A stretch of 56,665 nt of DNA, the filler included, from Sluysia triapertura (Eukaryota), in NCBI GenBank assembly GCA_046118255.1. It is 4 parts of 4 records of this genome, joined end to end, with 100 filler letters (N's around TTAATTAATTAA, not from the genome) between each part and the next. Parts side by side here need not be neighbours in the genome. Positions count along the whole stretch, not along the records: positions 1 to 11,682 come from JBJNIA010180251.1; positions 11,783 to 34,143 come from JBJNIA010230677.1; 2 more parts are not named here. One strand, 5' to 3'. The notes under the pieces are model-generated. The model searched no databases. It was not told where the DNA came from and saw nothing but the letters and a program-made list of their open reading frames with translations. Position numbers and translations under genes: made by a program. Shown here in pieces: positions 1 to 11,889 of this stretch (positions are counted from its first letter, which is position 1; every line of letters begins with the position of its first letter).

Positions 1-41
1 TATATATCAAAAACAAAAAATTTAAAAGGTATATTTAGTTT

Positions 42-150
42 TTACAAATGTTCAAAATGTCCACCTTGAACTTCAATACAAGCATAACATCTTTGGACAA
101 CATTGCGACATACTTTCTGGCAAGTTTCCTCTGAAATTTGGTTAAATAGA
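42..150 (-). mobile_element. C-terminal fragment of a mariner-like (DD37D/DD41D-type) transposase, same family as 55990-56480
   Basis: Minus strand reads QISEETCQKVCRNVVQRCYACIEVQGGHFEHL*, the typical GGHFEH end. The DNA closely matches about 55995-56080. Confidence 0.8.
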
Positions 151-683
151 ATAAAATAAGTTAAAGATGTGAGTCCTCCAACGTACTGGACTTACTGCTA
201 GGGCCAGCTGTTGGATTTTTATAAGATAAATTTGGAAGAATGCGTTAAAATGATTCTGCTGTCTGGAGGTAATACTACGTTAAAAAATTAATAATTTAAA
301 TTGTAAATTCAAAAATTTAAATAAATCGAATTTAATTGCATATTTTACGTAAGATTCCTTTATACGGAATCGTAAATAAGATTTTATTCTAGTCTTTTGA
401 AAACTACTAAAACGTATAACTTTAATAGATTTTAAAACTATGTAAGTTATGAATAAAAAGTTATAAGGTAAAATCTTTTATTTCGTATAAGGAATACAAT
501 AAACAAATATTATCAATAATAGAAATGATAAAATTTACATCAACTAACTATTTCTAGTTAGTTATAATCAAATATATTTTATAAAAGGATTTTGCTTAAG
601 ATCGTTATATGATCTAAAATATTATTAATAAAATTTAAGTTAATTTTGCTAATGATATATAGTATATCGTCCTTAATAATATT

Positions 684-943
684 AAACTAACGTCACTTTA
701 TCAGAAAGATAATCAGTCTTCTTTATAACCACTGGATGTAAATGAAATTTTTCTCAAACTGTGAATTTAAAAAACAAATTCTTGTATACGATTTTTTTTG
801 AAAATTCTCATGTGTTTTGTGTTAAAAATTAGTCTGCTTATATACTAGTTTTAGTCCGACCTTGGTCAGACTAAAACAAAAATATTAAATTAAAATAATT
901 AAACAAAAATTTTTAAAAAAAATTAAATTAGTGACGTTAGTTT
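684..943. repeat. MITE-like inverted-repeat structure with an internal hairpin
   Basis: Perfect 14-bp inverted repeat AAACTAACGTCACT (684-697) / AGTGACGTTAGTTT (930-943). Near-perfect palindrome GTTTTAGTCCGACCTTGGTCAGACTAAAAC at 848-877. Confidence 0.5.
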
Positions 944-1211
944 TCTTAAAAGTAAATAGGTAATAAAAAATTATTAAAAATAAATAAAAAATTCTTACAT
1001 TATAACATTACTTCTTTACAATATTTTATAATTCCAATAAGATTTATATTCGTAATTCCAATAAAGTTAATTATAAAATTCATAAAATAGAATTTATATC
1101 AATTCAAAACAAAATATCAATAGTCAATAGTATGAGCAAAATATCAATGAAAATTGTTACAGTATTTTAATGTAGTGAGTCATCATAATGTTCAATTCAA
1201 GTTGATATAAT

Positions 1212-1351
1212 TGTTAGACTTCATTAAATGGACTGACGATGATTCGATGATGTGACAACTAAGTTATTAGCCTCGTCTTACAAATTTAGTTTTATTATAG
1301 TCAATTATACTACCATTATTCTAAGTAACACTTTATGCCCGTACTTCAACA
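1212..1351 (-). mobile_element. tRNA-containing LTR-like element (family A), internally deleted copy
   Basis: Both family ends are present (minus strand TGTTGAAGTAC...GAAGTCTAACA). Flanks TAAT/TATT. Homologous to the copies at 15711, 32353 and 55271. Confidence 0.7.
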
Positions 1352-2745
1352 TATTATTGTATCAATAAATATTGTTATAACCATTGTGATAAATTTTAAA
1401 AAGATTAGAGCTTGTCGCAAAACTTATTATCTTTTGATAATTTCTAGATAATACTAAGACGAAAACCCGACAGAAATGTATGTTCAAATTTATGTTAAAA
1501 TTGGTCGGTATTAAACCGGCTCCAAGAAATATGCATGTATTATCGTTATACACAGTAATTAAGTAGAAATTTGGACTTCCTAGAAATTATCTAAACACTA
1601 CATAAGAACCTCATTTTGGTGTCATTTAAAACTAAAAAATCATTGCAATAATTATTACTTTTGCTGTAAGAAAGATGATTCAGTACAGTAGTGACAACAT
1701 TGATTGAATCTTATAATTCTTCAATAATCGGACTAAATTTTATTTTTAACTGACTTATTCGTAGTTAATTTGGTCGTAAGTTTTTATTTTAATTTATTGT
1801 TATTGGCTACTGACATTTATATAACTCTTGAGATTGAATATTATAAATGAGTTTTATTTTATTGAATTAACTTAATTATTGTTTGATATCTATTGTAATA
1901 TATTGTGATGAAGTTATAATGTATTGAGATTTAGACTCATTTAACTGTGTTTTATAATTATCGTTCTTAATTTAAAGAATATTAAAAAGATAAAAACAAA
2001 CAAATAGATTTATTCAGTATAAAATAATTAACGATTATAATTTAATTCTTAATTGATTTAAAACCTTAATATGAAATAACTTACGGTAACTTTTGCAATT
2101 CTCTTCTGAGTCAATAAGGGTATTCGCAGTATATGCTAGCTTGTTTGTATCTAATCAAATTTGAAACAATGCATAAAATTACCCTGGATTACTCGAAATT
2201 TATAACATGTCTAGACGTAACTGAATTGATTAAACTATCGGTTAGCCACCAAATTAATATAATTAGTGTAAATGTAAAAATCAATATTTGTAATATGCGG
2301 CACTTCATCTTTTTCATGATTTCAGAAATAAAGAGTATACGTATTTTAAATTAGCGTTATGCATGACCGAATTTGGTAATTCACTTAAAGTTAATTTTAA
2401 TCCTGTGAAAATAATAATAAACAAAAAATTTTAAATTTTTTTCTTAAATTATTTTATTACATTAACATTTTTTTGTTATGACGCTTCTTGGAAAATGTTT
2501 TAATTTCTCAGTAAACAAACAAATTTATTATAAATATTAATAAGATATACATTTTAAATTTCTAATTTTTTTAAAATTGTTTGAATAATTGATATTTATT
2601 ACTAAATTAAAATACTCTAAATTGATTATATTAATTTATTGCATTATTTGAAAATTAAAAAATTAAACATTTGTACTTATTTTTATAAAATAATTAAAGA
2701 TTTTATTTGCAATTCATAATTTTAGTATTTTAAATCAATTTCAAT

Positions 2746-4186
2746 ATGGGTAAAATATTCTATTTAGTTATTTAGTGTAATAATTAGATAGAACCAGAAG
2801 TGGAAGGGTTGTAAAAAAATCCTTTAAATTTGTAAAAATGTTATTTTGTAAATTATATTACAGGACGAAGAAAATGATGATTATGAATTAAGCTTAAGTG
2901 ATGATATTATAAGTAATAAAGATGATGACTTTAATGAAATAGCGTTTGATAAAACTGCGAAACCTACTTCAAATAAACGGAAAAGTAATTTAATACCTCG
3001 TAAAGAAGAGCAGGTAGGTGGAGTAAATCCTGTTAATAAAATTTCTTTGATGAGTATGATATCTAAAGGTGGGCAAACAATTCAAGGAGGTAATTTTGAA
3101 TTGTATTTTTATGTATTAGATATTAAACCTAATACTGTAATAAGTTCGTTTAATAAAAAGGTTGTACCTGTAAAGAAAGATCCGGCTTTTAATTTTTATT
3201 CAACTGTTAGAAAAATGCTATCGAGTTTAGAATTTGTACGTTTATTATATTAATTATGTTTTTAATAAGGAATATGTTCCATTAAAAAATCAAGTGCAAA
3301 GTTCTTTAAGTAACAGTGGACTTGTAGATATTTGCAAAGGCGGTAATTATATAGTTTATTATTGCAATTGTTTAGATACTATGAAATTTACGTTCGATCC
3401 TACTCAACATAATGTTCATGTAAGTGCAGAAAAAGCCAATGAAAAAATTAAAGAAATTGTAGGTGTGGAATTGGATTATGAAGTTAGCTTTATAATTATT
3501 ACATCGATTTTATTCAGGAATTATCAAAAGTTAATCGTATGAGTACATATTATCTTTATACAGCTGTTTCGAAAAAAAAATTAGAAGCATTCGGTCAAAG
3601 TTCTAATCAACAACAATTGAATAAAGATTTTACGAAAACTTGGTCCAAAATGCCAGAAAGAACGCGTCGTGATTGGGAAATTAAAGCAAATCGTGTGAAA
3701 CGCATTATTGAGGAGCAGAAAAGACGTGAACAGTCTGAAACCTGTGTTAATCGTGACAAAAGAGAAAATTGCATCATGGAAGCTACAAGTACTATTGAAA
3801 AAGCGAAGGTATGTTACTGTTTTATTTAATTTTTATTTTAGTTACTCGATTATAATCTTATTGATTTGTGTGGTTATTTCGGAACTATTGCAGAAGGAAT
3901 GAAGAAAATAGCTGATGATTTACATAAGCAGCCTAATGTAAGTTGTGTGTTTTATATAAATTGTTTAGTGAGGTGTTTTATGCATTTATAGATCGAATGT
4001 AAAAAATAACTAATTTATTGTTTTTAGAGTATTGTAAATGTTGAGCAAGTAGAGAGTAAACTTTTGGACTATTTGTTATCATCAGTTGTGTGTTTGATTG
4101 CATTATTTGAAGAAACAGAAGGTTTGGATCGACATATTTCAACTGGATCTCTTAATAAACTTTCTTATATTGTTCCCACAAAATGA
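2746..4186 (+). CDS. HMGXB4: HMG-box-containing protein 4 homologue, 9 exons
   Basis: ATG at 2746. GT-AG introns at 2750-2787, 2832-2863, 3090-3119, 3236-3269, 3343-3375, 3483-3517, 3809-3841 and 3938-4027 give one open frame to TGA 4184-4186. N-terminal RTRSGRVVKKS. HMG box MSTYYLY...KTWSKMPERTRRDWEIKA. C-terminus IDLCGYFGTIAEGMKKIA...SKLLDYLLSS...LNKLSYIVP resembles the HMGXB4 C-terminal domain. Confidence 0.85.
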
Positions 4187-4729
4187 TTCTTATGTACATA
4201 ATTTATACGTAACAATTAATGTTACATATGTTATAAATAGTAATGTATTTTTAGTTCGTTTTCATTATGTTTCTATTTTGTATAGATATTTAAACTTTTG
4301 AATAAGAATATATATGTGGATGAACAGAACGCCTATCTTACATTTCATATTTTATGTTCTTAATCACTTTGTCTAGTTTTATATCCAAGCAGATTCTTCT
4401 CAAAATGTTGAACAGGTAACTTTAAATATTATTTGGTACTATTAAATAGTATTAAAAAAATAATGTAAATATACCGAACAATTTATTACTTTATTTCTAT
4501 TGCATTTGATTCTTCAGCAATATCAATTTATTAAACTGAACCAGAAAAAGTTGCTAATAAATATTTTTCATTAACAAAAATTTAACTGGGTTAAGTTTTC
4601 AAAGGTTACGTATTAAAAAACTGGTAGTATTTATTCGATATAAATAGATTAATAATAAAAATTTTAGGAAAACTATTTTGAATTAACCTTTATACTTTTT
4701 GTATATGTTGTCAATGTTATATTTAATGT

Positions 4730-6230
4730 TTATTTTAGGAATGTTATGTTTTGGTTTGTTGATTTTAAATGATAACAATTTAGTGAAGCAAAATATCTTT
4801 TAATTTTTATATAGGAATTGATAGAATTTATATTTATATTATTAAATCTAGATTCATTGTAAGTATTATGTATTAAGCTTTTATTTAAATTTATTATTAA
4901 TGAATTAATAAAATGAATTGAAAAGGCTTCGAAAGCTACAACAATTACTTTATTTTTTATTATAACAAAAAGTTTGGGTTTATTTGTCATGTCTTCGCAT
5001 ACGTTGCTACGCTTTGCCCCAGAATTAGCATCTAAAATAAAATAACAATTTAAATTATATACAAGATGAACAAAAGTAATAATTACGTTATAAGGATATT
5101 GTAAGACTTGTAATGTCCTTGCCATTATTTATTATCTCGAAACGATAAGTGGTTTGTGCAATTACTTTTATTATGCTGCAAAAAAAAACTTTCTAATATA
5201 ATAAAAACATCTGTTGTGTCGTACTTCTGTGATTTTCGCATAAATTCTGCATTAATATTATACAATTCATAAGTGATGTAATCTTCGAGTCTACAAATGC
5301 TCATACAGTAGTTTGTATAATCGTCACTAATAACATAACTATAATTAACAATTCTATTAAATTTATCTTTTTTAGACCTTTTATGGCCAAAGTTTATTTT
5401 ATATTTTAAAACATTTGGTAAATCTAAAAACTTGAGAACATCTAATAAAATTCGATCAATTAATGTAACTATAAAATCAAAATTCATATTATTAAAAAAA
5501 TGGATGAGATAACTCATTACATGATGAACAGAGTCTCTATGAACGTTTGTCTCGTCTTTTATATTTAACACAAAATAAGGTAAGTGATCATAAAACGTTT
5601 TTCTTGGCTCATTAGGAGAAAATGTAAAATAGCTAAATAAAAATGTAACATGTAGTAGAACATTATCTTGTGCTACATATTTTAAATTAAATTTACTAAG
5701 AACAGTCATCAAAATGTTACATGAAATGATGATATTCTCTTTATTACAACTGTAGCGTTTCAGAAAATCAATTGAGGTAATCATAAATTCATATTGTCTT
5801 TAAGTAATATAAAATATAATATATTTCATTAAAACGACTGATCTGGTTCTTTAAAAAATAATAAACGCTTACTATATGTATACCTTGGATCCCATGATTC
5901 TAAACTATAAATTTGAAACAAACCTTTAATCCATTCTAAAATTGGAACTATGTGACCTGAATAGCGTACGCGAAATAAATCACATCGGTCTATAGACTCA
6001 AAATTGACACGTTTCAATTTTACATATAAATTACTGATTATTAAACTAAAATCTTTGTTGTTGTCAGTTGATGCCGAAGACAACTTCATTAGGATACCAA
6101 ATGTTTGACAAATAAAATCATATAGTGTTCCACACAACTTTTTAATTTCATTTACCTTTAACTTTATTGTTATTCGATTTGATAACGAATTTTATCGGTT
6201 GTTAATGATATTTTGTACTGTATATTCATC
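4730..6230 (-). pseudogene. Orphan ORF family, copy 1 (about 500 codons, broken by frameshifts and stops)
   Basis: ORF pieces 5829-6137, 5125-5784 and 4730-5125 are colinear with 19066-20621 (shared SIDFLKRYSCNKENI, LDLPNVL, LQVLQYP). No recognisable domain. Confidence 0.7.
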
Positions 6231-6431
6231 TCAGTGTAAGGTTCGTAGTGAGGCTGTGCAGAAACAATCTTGGAATGTCTACAAAAACCGAATTACTGCC
6301 CAATTTTTTGCATTAATTTCAAACGGACGAATAAATTGCACTTTAGCATACTTCATATCAGTTTTTTGGTAGTACTAATTGTATATTATTATTTCATTGA
6401 TATAAAACTGTTTTAGTTGAATCTATTGCTG

Positions 6432-6497
6432 ATTGGTTATCCAACCAAATCATGTAAATGATGTTTATACACACGCGATTTTGGTTGGATAATCAAT
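6432..6497 (+). ncRNA. Hairpin HP1, copy 1 (pre-miRNA-sized stem-loop)
   Basis: ATTGGTTATCCAACCAAATC pairs with GATTTTGGTTGGATAATCAAT (about 20 bp, one G-U, one bulge). Homologue at 20816-20878. Confidence 0.5.
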
Positions 6498-6527
6498 ATA
6501 ATTATTACAACAGAATGATTGTGATGA

Positions 6528-6588
6528 GCCATCATCAGTACTGACAAATCTATTTACAGTAAAGAGCAATGTCAGTACTGGTGGTGGT
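6528..6588 (+). ncRNA. Hairpin HP2, copy 1 (covarying, pre-miRNA-like stem-loop)
   Basis: 19-bp stem GCCATCATCAGTACTGACA / TGTCAGTACTGGTGGTGGT with 3 G-U pairs, no mismatches and a 23-nt loop. Covaries with 20892-20954. Confidence 0.65.
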
Positions 6589-7139
6589 AGATACAATGTT
6601 TATTTTGATTAAAATTTAATGTTAATGATAATAAAAAGATAAAAATAATAATAGTAATAATAGCAACAGTATGTTATTATTATTACCATTATTACAAAAA
6701 TGCATAAATTCCTTGCAAATCTTCACAATATCTGTCTTTCTTTTCTTTATTACTTGACATATTTTAAACTGAAATAAAATAAAAAATGATATAATTGAAT
6801 TTAATAGCAACAATAATAAGATGAACAGTGTTATAGTTATTGCTGTTATTACACTGCATAAACTTTTAGATTCTTTAAAAACTGTGCACAATCTTTTATA
6901 TTTCTGAACTATTGGACTGCATTTAAATATGTTTGAAGCTAAAATTTTCAAGTACAGATTTGTTTAAATAAATTTTACATACGTAATTAACGTATGATAG
7001 CAGTTTTATGCCATACAGTGAAATGCAGAACGCTAGAATGAATTTTTAGATGGTGACTTATATTTTTGATTGAGAGTAGTATTTGAATATTGGAAGATTG
7101 TGACCATAAGATGCATTAAGTAAATGTGAAAAGATAAAT

Positions 7140-7513
7140 TATAGTACAACTCTTAGTATATTTGAAAGGTTATTGTTACTGTTATCCGTGATTTGTTTTC
7201 TTGCTATTTTTAAGCGGTATTGTATTTTGTGCTGTTAGTTATTATGGGATAATAATTGATTAATTTGAAAGGTTGTAATTGATTCGAAGAATTCGAGTGG
7301 ATAATGTAGAGTAGCATGGTTTTAATGGATCTGTTGATGTAAAGTGATGGTATTGGGTATGAATGTGGTTTGTATATTATGAGATTATGAATATACCTTA
7401 ATTTTGGCAGATGAACTGTTTAGTGAGTGAAGAGAAAATAAATATGTGAATGTTAAAGTGTTGAAAAATTAATTTTTTATAAAATTTAATAGTTGTGAAG
7501 GTTGACCACCACA
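7140..7513 (-). mobile_element. Gypsy-type 3' LTR (left boundary tentative)
   Basis: Minus strand starts TGTGGTGGTCAACC directly after a purine-rich tract and an integrase tail. Aligns with 21188-21575. Candidate end ...ACTATA at 7140. Confidence 0.7.
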
Positions 7514-7525
7514 TCAGCCCCCTCT
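7514..7525 (-). promoter_or_regulatory. Polypurine tract of an LTR retrotransposon
   Basis: Minus strand AGAGGGGGCTGA abuts the TG start of the LTR. Confidence 0.7.
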
Positions 7526-7553
7526 GAAGACGCGGAGCGATATATGTTTAATT

Positions 7554-7910
7554 TTAAAATGAGTTTGGTACCTTTAATTGAATTTTATGTAACCCTTGTT
7601 CGTTTAGCAAGGTAGCAGTGTTGTTAAATGTTACTGATTTTTTTGTTGTTGTAATTTGAGAATCTTCTTCAACTAGAATTGTTGCTGGTTTGAGCTTACA
7701 CCAGTTTACCGTTTTGGGTTTTCCATTGATATTAATTGAAGCTTTATTGTTATTTGAATTGAATTGGATGACTTGGTTGAAGAGATTTTGGATTTTCTGT
7801 TTTGAGCCACACAAATTTACTGTTTGTGATGTTTTTGGGTATGAAAATGTGAGGATTCTGGTTGCGTTGTGTTGATCTGTTTGATTCAATGTAGTATTGA
7901 TTTGTTTCAT
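7554..7910 (-). mobile_element. Degenerate gypsy integrase C-terminal tail (CsRn1-like)
   Basis: ININGKPKTVNWCKLKPATI resembles the xINGxxxTVSxxRLKPA motif of gypsy integrase tails and lies just upstream of the PPT and LTR. Confidence 0.65.
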
Positions 7911-9159
7911 GAATAGTGCAATGATTTCTTAACAGATTCTTAACAAATAATATTTTGTTATTATTTTTGTTATATTACTTACTATTTCAATGTTATTATT
8001 ATTTACTTACACTTGTAAATAATAATCTTATATTATTGAAATATTTAATTATTCTTATTATTGGTGTTACTATTTTCATCATTAATACTAATGTCCTTTT
8101 ATTATTATATAATTATTAATTAACAATTAATAAATAATAAATAATAGTCGTTATAAATAAATAAATTGCAACTTTAGTCAATATTGTTAATAAAAATGCC
8201 ACAAAATCTAGCTGTTAAATTGATTGTTAAACCTATTGAAAAAATCAAAAGTAGCTGAAAATAAATTTAAAATCTACAAAACGAAGACAATAAACAGGAT
8301 ATCATTAACGATGTTAAAAAGAATAAAGGACTCTCATTCCCAAAAATATTAATCGAAAAACAATTAGTTAAATATCGAAAAGTGTTAAATATGACAATGG
8401 TATATGTTACAATAAAATTACCGCAGAATCAATTAATGAATGTGTTGAGATCCTTAAAGTTTATGGTACCGAAATTAGAATTTCTTGACTAATTTTTGTA
8501 GATTCATTTTGTATTACAATTGTAATGAAATTTAATTTATTACTATTTATTTTGTTTTTATTAAAAAATTGATTTGCTTTGATTACTAAAATAAGAGTTG
8601 AAATACATATTTCGACAGGCCTTAAGCCGGTTTTAAACTTAGTAAAAATTTATTTTATAAGAGTGCTAGATAAGATAAAATTAGATAAAAGTGTATTCGA
8701 AATAAATATTCTTAGAAGAACCGCTGAAAAGAATTATAACTTTTCCTATAAAAACTTACTAAATTTTAAAACGAATGATGCCTAATCATTCAAGTATATA
8801 GTTAACTTCTTAATTAATAAACATCTAAAAGAACTTCTACAAAATAATGTGTAGAAGATGCAAAAAGTTATTCCAGTTTTATATCGTGCTGTAAATGCTC
8901 TTAATTTATTAGAAACTAAAAGTTCTAAGGATTTTAATGGAGACAAATACTTGACATAACCTTTGAACAGCGCAAAGATCTAATATAAAAATTATTACCA
9001 TCCTTCATGGCATAATTATTCCATCCTTCCTGAAAAAAGTTCATGTAAGTTACTCGATCCAACTTCAAAATTCCCTAAAAATAAAAAGAATAATAATAAT
9101 AAGGAATAGAACCACAATTAGTAGAGTATGATCAATAATTATTGTTTTCTGATATGTCC

Positions 9160-10200
9160 CAGTCTAAAAGCGAACCTTCTTAGTCCAGATGTGTTGGTGA
9201 GGATGGAATCAATGATGACAGGGGCGGTGTTGATGATGTTCGCCATGAGTAGTTGGCAGCTGAAGTAATTGATTGGGAGATAGCATCGTAATCTGTGAAA
9301 CTGTTGGTAAGTCCAATGGTCTTCATGCCGAGATGGTGGAGTTACTTACATTTAGAAAATGGGTAAGTGGAAGAACAGAATGGAAGGATAAAAAGGAGAA
9401 ATCATTTTCGAGAATTTAATTAAAAATAGGTACAAATTGATATGATGACCCGAAATATTAATTTCAAATATGACAAGAAAATAAATAATATTAAAAGATA
9501 ATAATAGAAAAACAATTAAATCGTGATTATTAAGACTGATTATACCTTTAATCCAACCAAAAGGAATATTAAAAATATCTATTATTAAACTTGTGTGTAA
9601 TGAGACAATAACTTTATCATGAAAATAGCCCAAAATATAATGAGGGATGTTCTCTCTATCTACCAGATCAATTTCATCCAACTCGTGAAAATCGCGAAGG
9701 AAATTCTTTATACGAGAATGGTTGCTATAGGAAAGCAAACCGATGGAATGATATAGAATGCAGTTTATTTATGAAATCTATTGCCTATTACGTGCAACTA
9801 AATGTAATTTTACCTCGTCATGGACGAAAAGAGTGAACACATATGCGACATAAATGTGTTGGGCAAGAAAGGTTGTACCTCTGCACGGACACTGGTAGAG
9901 AATTCTTGGACCTCCAATGTGAGTCTAATAATCAAAGGTACAGAGAAGAAAAAGGGAGCCGTCTACTGCTAGGATCACATTAACTGAAACCCGAGGCAGT
10001 GAGATATGCATGTCGTGATAATTTTCTAAGATATTGTCCAAACATTTCACAAATATTCTGGTATATTGAGAAGACAGGATCAAGAGGTGAGTGGCTACAT
10101 CAATGTCGAACTCACTTTTAATTTAGTTATGAGTACCTAAAGAGTGAATAAAGAAAACAGGAGTGTCACAGGAAGTAGAAAAGGTTTTAATTTGCTCCAA
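9160..10200 (-). mobile_element. Possible decayed gypsy gag/protease remnant
   Basis: Higher GC than the flanks. Fragments IKNFLRDFHELDE and FSTSVRAEVQPFL, and a broken CxYHxxxG-like motif near 9350. Same strand as, and upstream of, the integrase tail. Confidence 0.3.
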
Positions 10201-10341
10201 AATTTATGATAACAAAGCAAATATGACAAAAAAAATTAAATCTATGAATAAATGTGTACAATAAAATTCATAAATTGTTTCTTATATTTATAATGATGTT
10301 ATTATGTATTTTTGTATGTTAAGAAACTCACCACTTATTTC

Positions 10342-10490
10342 TGTGGTGGCTCAAACCATTACCCATGATTTCACTGCATCAGAAACATATGTCAAAGTAC
10401 ACAACACCTACTAAACTTATCTAAAACTTTTACTCATCTAAGAACACATTTACACATACTACATCTCACTGTTTCCACTCCAATATAAAT
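10342..10490 (+). mobile_element. LTR-like fragment
   Basis: Starts TGTGGTGGCTC and continues with the same A/C-rich composition as the LTRs at 7513 and 22759. Right end not defined. Confidence 0.3.
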
Positions 10491-11085
10491 TATTATAATT
10501 TGATCATTTTTCCATCATTGTTATCATTAGCGCAATTATTATTACTATTATTATTGTTATTATTAATATTACTATCGCATTCCTAACCGGAACAAATTTA
10601 TCTTATAAATTTACGAAGTTTTACAGGAATGATCAAATTGGAAATTAGTATGGGAATATCTCAGTCTTAAAAGAATTATATTATTTTTATTCTATTTCGA
10701 TAGCATGAATCAAAATAGATGCATTAAATCATCTATTCACCTTTCTAAACTTTTCACTTACACACAAAACATTCGATACATTTTCATTTCATCTTATCGA
10801 TCCTCAAAAAACACAACATTTTGTAATTAATTAATAACAATAATAGCTATAATAACAATAATAATATTATTGTAATTAATCTTATTGTTATTAATATTTT
10901 TAGGAATGTTTAAATAAACTGAAAAAACTATTATTATTCATTTTATTCCTAGAAAAAAATTTACATTTTCTTTTATGGTTCCAGTTTTATTTAGACTTAT
11001 AAATTTCGATTTATTATCAATTGTTGTACTCCTGAAAACATTTTAAATTAATTAAAGACCAATTTTTTATTTTTCAATATTATTT

Positions 11086-11151
11086 TTAAATGGACTGACC
11101 GAGGATCGAACCTGGGACCATCGCTGCACAGTTCGATTGCTCTACCACTGA
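11086..11151 (-). mobile_element. Family A fragment (tRNA-like core)
   Basis: Minus strand TCAGTGGTAGAGCAATCGAACTGTGCAGCGATGGTCCCAGGTTCGATCCTCGGTCAGTCCA has a partial A box and a B box. The 5' acceptor arm is missing. Confidence 0.75.
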
Positions 11152-11682
11152 AAATTCTAGTAAATCAAAAGAACTGGATAAATGTTCCGGCACAGGCGAT
11201 GATACAGTTTCAGTTCCTGAATTTACCGAAATATTATTTAATATGTACAGACATTCTAATAGAGTAACTAGAAATTTCGTTCAGACAACTGAGACGAATA
11301 ATTAAAAAGTGATAATCGAGCCTCACATTTATTGTGTAAATTCGATACGAGAAAATACATTACCAGAAATCAAAAATTATAGTATAATAGAATTTACTAA
11401 TTTTGATGCTAAAGTAGATACTGAAGCAAGCCCATATTTACAAGATGATTAATACACTGTGATTCATATAACGATGAAGATGTAATTTACTTGTTGGAAT
11501 TTTTAAAACAATTTATATATCGCAGTATTCCAATTTGTTGCATTTAAGTATTTTGTTAACCCCTTAACGTTCAATTTTTTTCAAAAAACGTCCAAAAAAA
11601 CTCATTTTTTATTGCTGCATTAGTTACTAAACTATATTTTAGTGTGATATTTACAAAAAAAAATTCAAAAACAAAAAAAACA

Positions 11683-11782
11683 NNNNNNNNNNNNNNNNNN
11701 NNNNNNNNNNNNNNNNNNNNNNNNNNTTAATTAATTAANNNNNNNNNNNNNNNNNNNNNNNNNNNNNNNNNNNNNNNNNNNN
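11683..11782. other. Artificial contig linker
   Basis: 44 N + TTAATTAATTAA (stops in all six frames) + 44 N. Identical structure at 34144 and 45583. Confidence 0.95.
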
Positions 11783-11889
11783 ACGTTATTTTTAATTAAC
11801 AGCTAAAAAATAGCAGAATACCAAATAGCATAACATCTCTAGTGCACATGTATAATTGAATTATGAATTTGTAAGAATATTTGCTTTGA

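Noticed and set aside
215-292. MILLSGGNTT peptide as an actin-family or Tc1 C-terminal fragment
   Set aside because: Too short, fits either family equally, and has no supporting flanking exon.
5500-5620. Plus-strand coding frame for the duplicated orphan region (HDEQSLYERLSRLLY...)
   Set aside because: Multiple stops shared by both copies follow within about 35 codons; only the minus frame stays long.
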